32,000 bases of DNA from Haloferax volcanii DS2 (lineage in GTDB: Archaea; Halobacteriota; Halobacteria; Halobacteriales; Haloferacaceae). Where the stretch lies: positions 30,001 to 62,000 of the forward strand of contig NC_013968.1 of assembly GCF_000025685.1 (NCBI RefSeq), given 5' to 3'. A program made the translations under genes and the position numbers. The notes beneath the pieces were generated by a model that was not told the origin of the DNA, made no database searches, and saw only the letters and a list, made by a program, of their open reading frames with translations. This document shows, in pieces, positions 26,369 through 32,000 of the stretch. Numbering within the stretch: position 1 is the stretch's first letter; every line of letters begins with the position of its first letter.

Positions 26369-27616
26369 ATGGACGACGAGAGTGGGGACGTTGCCGCGGA
26401 GATTTTCGGCAAGCCGGACCCAATATTCGAGCAGAAGTCCCTCGTCGACGTCGACCACGTCCCACAGCCTGAACGCATCGTCGGTCGCGACGACGAGATT
26501 CGCGCGCTCTCGATGCAACTCCGGTCAGCTATCGACGGTGGGTCACCGGAGAACGTGGTCATCTACGGCGAGACTGGGACGGGCAAGAGCCTCGTCGCGA
26601 AGCACGTCTCGAAGGTGGCCGAGAGCATGGCCGAAGACGTCCGGATCGGGACGGCGTATATCGACTGTAGCGACGACGACACAGAGACGCAAGCTGTGTC
26701 TCACATCGCACGGAAGCTGAATAACGAGGACCAAACCGGTGTCTCGGTCCCGGAGATGGGTCTATCGAAAAGTGTCTACTACACGCGACTCTACTCTATT
26801 CTCGACGAACTCTACGATGTCGCACTCATCATCCTCGACGAAGCCGATATGCAAGCGGACGATGGTCTGCTGATGTCGCTGTCGAGGTCACGTGAGACGG
26901 GGAAAACGGACTGCCGCGTCGGTGTCATCGCTATTTCCAACAAGGTGCGGTGGGCGGAGAACCTCAACGACCGCGTGAAGTCATCACTTCAGCCCAGAGA
27001 GCTCAATTTCCATTCCTACGATGCGAACCAGCTTCGGTCAATTCTCGAACACCGGCGTGATGCGTTCCGGGGCGGTGTCCTCGAGGACGGCGTGATACAG
27101 TTGAGCGCCGCCCTCGCCGCACAGGACCACGGCGACGCCAGACAGGCCATCGATATCCTCCGGAACGCGGGGATGCTCGCACAGCAACAAGATAGTGAGA
27201 CAGTCACCGAGAAACACGTTCGCGGGGCTCGTCGGGAGGCCGAAAAGGACCGGTTCCACGACCTTATCGGTGGGTTGACAATCCAGAAGAAGACCACGCT
27301 TGCGGCTGTCACGACCCTTCACAAGCAGACTGGGCGCGACGAGTTCCCAACCGGCGAGATCTACACGGCCTACACCAACCTGTGTCAGGTGATCGGCGTC
27401 GAACCGCGGACCGAACGTCGGGTTCGGGATTTCGTCCGTAACTTGGCGTTTCTCGACGTACTCGACGCTCGAAAAGAGAACCAAGGACGTGCAGGTGGTA
27501 TCACCATCTACGCCGGCCTGCAGCCCGCGCACGACCTCGAGATTGTCCACGAAATCGCGATGACAGACGACCGGTTTGCTGATGTTGACGACTCCGAGAC
27601 AACCGTCTCGAAATAG
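26369..27616 (+). CDS. orc1: Orc1/Cdc6 replication initiator (AAA+ with C-terminal winged helix)
   Basis: Walker A YGETGTGKS, Walker B LIILDEAD, and the typical N-terminal IFEQKSLVDVDHVPQPERIVGRDDEI. The ATG at 26369 is preferred over the TTG at 26333 given in the ORF track. Confidence 0.9.
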   Translation: MDDESGDVAAEIFGKPDPIFEQKSLVDVDHVPQPERIVGRDDEIRALSMQLRSAIDGGSPENVVIYGETGTGKSLVAKHVSKVAESMAEDVRIGTAYIDCSDDDTETQAVSHIARKLNNEDQTGVSVPEMGLSKSVYYTRLYSILDELYDVALIILDEADMQADDGLLMSLSRSRETGKTDCRVGVIAISNKVRWAENLNDRVKSSLQPRELNFHSYDANQLRSILEHRRDAFRGGVLEDGVIQLSAALAAQDHGDARQAIDILRNAGMLAQQQDSETVTEKHVRGARREAEKDRFHDLIGGLTIQKKTTLAAVTTLHKQTGRDEFPTGEIYTAYTNLCQVIGVEPRTERRVRDFVRNLAFLDVLDARKENQGRAGGITIYAGLQPAHDLEIVHEIAMTDDRFADVDDSETTVSK

Positions 27617-27620
27617 CAGC

Positions 27621-27894
27621 CCACCCACCCCTCGTTTCCGACGTTCATTCCAGCCGTTACCAGTTCCTTCCATCGGCGGTGGCCACACACGCACCCCTCG
27701 TTTCCGACGTTCTTTGTATAGGTCCACCCCAAGGTGGGTTTCCGCTCTTATTCTAGGAGCAAACATTATTACATATGCGCCGAGTATCACTCAGTAGCCG
27801 CTTTTTAATTTTGAATTGGGTGGGACATAGTCCCGCCCATCAGTGAGTTTAATTCACCCTCTCACGAGAACGTCGGAAACGTGGGGTGGGGGTG
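27621..27894. promoter_or_regulatory. candidate replication origin: inverted ORB-type repeats flanking an AT-rich stretch
   Basis: CACCCCTCGTTTCCGACGTTC occurs at 27626-27646 and 27692-27712. The inverted copy GAACGTCGGAAACGTGGGGTGGGGGTG (with a G-string) is at 27868-27894. An AT-rich stretch lies between them at ~27748-27830. The region sits immediately downstream of orc1. Confidence 0.7.
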
Positions 27895-28229
27895 TTGGTG
27901 TGTTGACGTGCAATCACATTCACGTTCTCCTACGAGGGTGTGTAGACCTGCCCCGGTTAGGTCCGAAGGAGCCGATGACTGAGAGACACAAAGACGGAGT
28001 CTGCTTAAATTCCTCGTATGGTCAGGTTCACGCCCCAGCTGAGATGGTATGTGGGGTACGATAGCACGGTCAAGAACGGATGGAATGAGACGACCCACCA
28101 TTACATAGGTCCGTCCCCACTCGACAGGAATATATAACCACTGACACTACTCTATTGCCCTTTGTCACCGGCCAGATGAATAACGACTGATTCGGCCAGA
28201 AGTCAGTTGGAGAGACGTTCAAACGAATG

Positions 28230-28345
28230 GTTACGACAAGTTACGATAGTCTCGTTCAAAGTTACGACAGTCGTTACGATAGAATTCGGATAATAGCGGA
28301 ACTGAACGGCATAGTTTGGACAGACTCGGGTTGTCGGTTACGACA
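28230..28345. repeat. five direct copies of GTTACGA(C/T)A
   Basis: Copies at 28230-28238, 28240-28248, 28261-28269, 28273-28281 and 28337-28345. No convincing ORF across them. Confidence 0.8.
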
Positions 28346-29211
28346 GAAGCCGACTAGTATAGACAGGGGGGACCCCGTCGGAACTGGGTATCGTCCAAGT
28401 GAACAGACGACGCAGACGTGTTTGGACTCTGAAGTGATTGTGAGTCAGCGAGGAACAACGAATATGCGATGAGATCGACCTTGGTATAGTCCAGTTACCA
28501 ACTGGAGTCCACATTGTAGGGGCCTCGACAGCAATTGCACATCGGCAGGGACTATTGGCCGGACTCACATCCGACAGGGAAGATCGGTGTCATGCTATGA
28601 GACGCTAATCTCGACTTTTTAGCAGAATTGCGTACTGAGTCACAGAATCACGCAAACTTTAATCCATGCGCCCACTCAACTAGAAAATGAGGACGCGGAC
28701 TTGGCCCGCTGGCTTAAACCCTCGGGACTCGTCCGGCTAGGGACGTAAGGTAATGGTTTACGTCCTGTTGACGTCCGTACTATGGTGAAATTGATCTCAA
28801 GAGGTTCTCCTGTACCTTTTCAGACTCAAGCATCCCAATCGTATTCTGCCACTGGGACGAGACATCTCGAGAATCATCGTCAGGCGTACGGCCCTCCACC
28901 CACGCAGCGATTCGGGTGCGCTCTTTGTCACCTTGACACCCGCCTTCAGGTGGCGGAGGATGTCAGCGTTTGACGATTGGTTGACGACCTGAACGCTTCT
29001 CATCTCACGCTCCCGGAATACGTCGTAACTCCACTACGAACGCCCCATCTCTCGATGCTATTCGTGGGATTTGCAGGCTGAAAATACTCCTGTGGGCCGG
29101 TAGCGGTGTTGATTCTACGTGGGATCAAGTGGCCAATGGGACGGAAGCCTTCGTGCCTAGTACTTAACCAACAGTTACGACTCTGGCTCACTACTGTTGG
29201 TTAACTCTGGC

Positions 29212-30259
29212 CGCTCTTATGTAGAACTGTGGAGTGACCCCGTAGCAAGGCAATCGACGACGATTTCGAGGGATGCGCCGACCAAGTTCAATGAGCGAAC
29301 GATACCGAAGGTGTGAGCGGCCTGTTCCAAGCCCTGCTTGGACAGGCCGCGAAACTTCCGCAGCCACGGTTTGACTAGTGAGAAGAGGCACTCGACCTGG
29401 TTGATGTGGACGCCGTCGGCCGAAACGTACCGTTCGTCGTGGATAACGGTTCGGTGATCGTACTCCATCTCTCGATACGCTTGGAGTCCATCAGTCCAGA
29501 CCTCTCCCAGCCGCTGGGAGAGGTCTTCAGCCTCTTGCAGTACCGGTTCGAGGTCTCCCTGGTAGCTGATTCCAAGGTGACCGCGAAATCACCCGAAGCA
29601 CGTCGCGGCACGCCGCGACGAGCGTTATCTGGTCTCCGTGACGGCCCTTCCATCGTGAGCGCCCCGATCGGGACGACCCGCCGCGGTACCGACTGGTCCG
29701 CGGCGGGTCTTGGCCTTTGTAGCCTGAACAGACCGTGCTTGATTCGTCGATTTGTGTTGGGCCCGAGATGGAGTGTTGGAATTGCTCCCAGACGAGGGGG
29801 AAGCCGCGCGTGACCGCGGCTTCCACCTCTCGAATGGCGTAATAGACGGTCTTGTACGCCCTGTCGAGCACAACCGCGATTTGTGAGATACTGAGCAACG
29901 TGTCTGCATAGAGGAGGTACGCGAGAAGCACCTCTCCGGTGGTGAGGTGCTTCTCGTGGAAGGGCGTGCCATAGGTGTAGACCGGTTTAAAATTGCAATC
30001 TCGGCAGATAACGCGGTCGGACGAGTCCCACGTGTGAATGCTGGGGTGGCCGCAGCGAGGACACGTGGTATACTCCCAGAACTGCTTGAGTCGCCGCTCG
30101 ATGAGGGCATCGAGCGGCTCGGTGTCCAACTCGAACAATCCAAGATCAACGAGCTGGCGAAGCATTCCACCGAACGCTGGCTGAGTCTGAGACATAACCT
30201 CATGATTTCGGCTCGTTCACCGTAACTACACGGTCGTTCCTCAGCTCTACATAAGAGCG
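29212..30259 (-). mobile_element. IS1595-family insertion sequence (1048 bp)
   Basis: IRs CGCTCTTATGTAGAACTG (29212-) and CGCTCTTATGTAGAGCTG (reverse complement of -30259). Perfect 8-bp direct repeat ACTCTGGC at 29204-29211 and 30260-30267. Confidence 0.85.
29217..30195 (-). pseudogene. IS1595-family transposase with one frameshift
   Basis: The N-terminal ORF (30195..~29590) has the Zn ribbon CPRCGH...CRDCNFK. The C-terminal part (...WTDGLQAYREMEYDHRTVIHDERYVSADGVHINQVECLFSLVKPWL...) continues in another frame down to 29217. The frame switch is near 29575-29600. Confidence 0.75.
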
Positions 30260-30309
30260 ACTCTGGCTCGTACAGAGGACTTATTTGTGAGACACACGTC
30301 TCACAGCAT

Positions 30310-30609
30310 ATGAGCACTGATACCGACGACGGGCGAAACGACGACGGTGGGACCACGAAAATCGATGTCCGAGTCCCTACTGCAATGGTTGACGCCATCG
30401 ACGAAGAGTTCGCCCGACGTGGGTACACCTCTCGGTCGGAGGCAATTCGAGACGCTCTTCGCGACTGGCTGAACCCATCGGTGCAGCTGTCCGAAGAGAC
30501 GCTCGCGGATCTCCAAGAAAGTTGGGCACAGCGTGAGGCGGGCGAGACGATCTCGCTTGACGACGCCCTCGACAGATACGATGTCGACGTTGACGACGAC
30601 CAGGCGTGA
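30310..30609 (+). CDS. ribbon-helix-helix (CopG-like) antitoxin
   Basis: KIDVRVPTAMVDAIDEEFARRGYTSRSEAIRDALRDWL is an RHH pattern. The perfect palindrome TGTGAGAC-ACAC-GTCTCACA (30286-30305) lies just upstream. The stop codon abuts the ATG of the RelE-like frame. Confidence 0.7.
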   Translation: MSTDTDDGRNDDGGTTKIDVRVPTAMVDAIDEEFARRGYTSRSEAIRDALRDWLNPSVQLSEETLADLQESWAQREAGETISLDDALDRYDVDVDDDQA

Positions 30610-30872
30610 ATGACAGACGTCGAGATCACACCGAAGGCGGATAGCCATTGGCCGACCTCGACCCTGAAACACGAGAACGGGTCCTGAAGAAACTTGCCGA
30701 AGCCAGAGAGTGGACCGACCACCGAGTCGAACGCCTCTCTGGATGGCCCTACTACAAACTGCGCGCTGGCGACTATCGGGCGATACTAACGTGGGACAAA
30801 GACAACGACGTCCTCATCGTCGAGGCCGTCGGTCACCGACGGAACGTGTATGACCGCCACCTCCCGCCGTAA
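30610..30872 (+). pseudogene. relE: RelE/ParE-family toxin, apparently frameshifted
   Basis: The ATG at 30610 gives MTDVEITPKADS..., then runs out of frame to a TGA at 30685. The RelE core (ADLDPETRERVLKKL...YKLRAGDYRAILTWDKDNDVLIVEAVGHRRNVY) is in the next frame from 30648. A 1-nt indel around 30645-30650 would join them. Confidence 0.6.
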
Positions 30873-31031
30873 CATTCACTCATCGACTTGGGTGTGACTG
30901 AATCTCTTCGAACGGCGTCTCTTCTCTTGAGCCAATCCCCTACCCCCAACGGAAACCGATTACCTGGTTTCACTCCAACCTCTCTGTGTTCGTTACTAAG
31001 GCAAGTGACTCGACCGACAAACCGTTAGAGA

Positions 31032-31364
31032 TCACTCTGAAGGGTTTACTGGGCCCTTGTACTTGGACTTCACCTGGTCGCCCTCTCTCCACTGGTAGTA
31101 GTAGTACTGGTTATCGTTGATCGTCTTGACGACCACACCTGCTTTCTTTGGGACGTCGTCCGGGAGACTACTGTCTTCGGCGCTGTCTTCGCGGACGATG
31201 TCCTCGCCTTCTTCCAGTTCTGTCTCTGCTTTGGCTTCTTTCCACGCTGCAAGGTTCTCTGCGTGAGTGGCAATTTCTCGAAGCGTTTCAGCGTCCTGTC
31301 GGTCGAGGCCATCGAGGATGTAGCGTGCAATTCTCTCGGGAGCGTCGGGCTTGTTGGGAGTCAT
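31032..31364 (-). CDS. hypothetical acidic protein (110 aa)
   Basis: Clean acidic ORF. The C-terminal KTINDNQYYYYQWREGDQVKSKYKGPV looks structured. No function assignable. Confidence 0.55.
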   Translation of the reverse strand: MTPNKPDAPERIARYILDGLDRQDAETLREIATHAENLAAWKEAKAETELEEGEDIVREDSAEDSSLPDDVPKKAGVVVKTINDNQYYYYQWREGDQVKSKYKGPVNPSE

Positions 31365-31367
31365 ATA

Positions 31368-31502
31368 TTAACCTACAATTGTTGGTCTTTTCAGGTTACA
31401 ACGAGACAGCGACGTTCGGCACGTCCGACACTCACCACTATCGAACTCGTCGAGAGAAGTCCAGTTGCATTTCTCCTGAAAAGACCAATTAATGTTGGTT
31501 AA
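31368..31502. repeat. 135-bp element bounded by 28-bp inverted repeats
   Basis: TTAACCTACAATTGTTGGTCTTTTCAGG (31368-31395) versus the reverse complement of 31475-31502, TTAACCAACATTAATTGGTCTTTTCAGG: 24/28 identical. No ORF inside. Confidence 0.75.
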
Positions 31503-31636
31503 GACGCCGGGGGACGTCATCGCGGTTATCGAGCAGTCGGGGAAGTCGAAACGACCCCTCCCCAAGCACGATTTCATAGTCCTCGAACTACTTCACTGGC
31601 TTCCGTATTTGCGCTCTGCTTTCGTGTTTGGTAGAA

Positions 31637-32000
31637 CGCTCTTCTGTAGGAGATTGTTGATAGAGTTCAGCTGTTGCTCTGGAATCGAAGAGGGCAAGGG
31701 CACCGCGCTAGCGGTGTCCGACACGAATGATTCCGCTGGATGTGTTTGGCTCGGAATCGCTCGCAGCGGACCTGCTCCAACAGGTTCGCTGGCGTGACGG
31801 CGTCGAATGCCCCCGCTGCCGTTCTGACCGGACGGTCAGAAACGGCAGCTATGGGGCGTTTCAACGCTATCTCTGTAAGAATTGTGACCGCACGTTCAAC
31901 GACAAGACGGGCACAATTTTCGCTCACTCGAAGGTTGCGCTCCGCAAGTGGTTGTTCTCGATTTACGCGTTCTTGCGGTTCAACACGAGTCTTCGCCAAC
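31637..32000 (+). mobile_element. IS1595-family (ISH4-like) element, left part (runs off the window)
   Basis: Starts with CGCTCTTCTGTAGGAGATTGTTGATAGAG, identical to the end of the interrupted copy at 23295. The sequence is collinear with that copy but uninterrupted. Confidence 0.8.
31727..32000 (+). CDS. IS1595-family transposase, N-terminal part (3' end beyond the window)
   Basis: My own translation from ATG 31727: MIPLDVFGSESLAADLLQQVRWRDGVECPRCRSDRTVRNGSYGAFQRYLCKNCDRTFNDKTGTIFAHSKVALRKWLFSIYAFLRFNTSLRQ. There is no stop before the window end. Confidence 0.8.
   Translation, partial: MIPLDVFGSESLAADLLQQVRWRDGVECPRCRSDRTVRNGSYGAFQRYLCKNCDRTFNDKTGTIFAHSKVALRKWLFSIYAFLRFNTSLRQ

Noticed and set aside
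27038-27790. 250-aa ORF on the minus strand
   Set aside because: It is entirely antisense to the well-supported orc1 gene. The product is Arg/Gly/Val-rich and basic. It is a typical shadow ORF of GC-rich DNA.
28797-29003. 68-aa minus-strand ORF, possibly continuing in another frame (VEGRTPDDDSRDVSSQWQNTIGMLESEKVQENLL)
   Set aside because: It might be a decayed small gene, but I recognise no family, and the two pieces need an assumed frameshift.
29625-30722. 365-aa ORF on the minus strand, the longest unexplained ORF in the track
   Set aside because: The product is Ser/Arg/Pro-rich and non-acidic. The ORF runs across the IS1595 boundary, its target duplication and the RHH/RelE genes on the opposite strand, so it is a frame artefact.

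Overview
The window looks haloarchaeal (class Halobacteria): GC-rich, with very acidic predicted proteins and ISH-type insertion sequences. It is probably part of a megaplasmid or another accessory replicon. This is judged by eye; no database search was possible.

Main cargo: a visibly lower-GC island of about 12.6 kb (4.3-16.9 kb) carries a co-directional five-gene operon with the hallmark DISARM class 2 gene set. The genes are a C5 cytosine methyltransferase, an 842-aa protein with no recognisable motifs (DrmE position), a 1274-aa DExH helicase, a DUF1998-type Cys-cluster protein and a single-HKD PLD nuclease. An HNH-nuclease fusion gene follows on the same strand.

Mobile DNA is dense around the island:
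- two full ISH3-family copies, each with its own 5-bp target duplication
- an IS4 (ISH8-type) element nested inside an IS1595-family element
- a second, frameshifted IS1595-family copy with an 8-bp duplication, and a third copy cut by the window end
- two ~125-bp IS6-derived MITEs with 8-bp duplications, an internally deleted IS6 relic and a solo ISH3 end

Other content:
- an Orc1/Cdc6 gene with inverted ORB-type repeats around an AT-rich stretch (a candidate replication origin), plus ORB-like boxes in its promoter
- several unexplained repeat arrays
- a ~0.6 kb T-depleted stretch with no convincing ORF
- an RHH/RelE toxin-antitoxin pair whose toxin is frameshifted
- a very AT-rich islet encoding a Tat-signal secreted protein and a small four-TM protein
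- several hypothetical acidic proteins and wHTH regulators

No rRNA, tRNA or CRISPR array was recognised.
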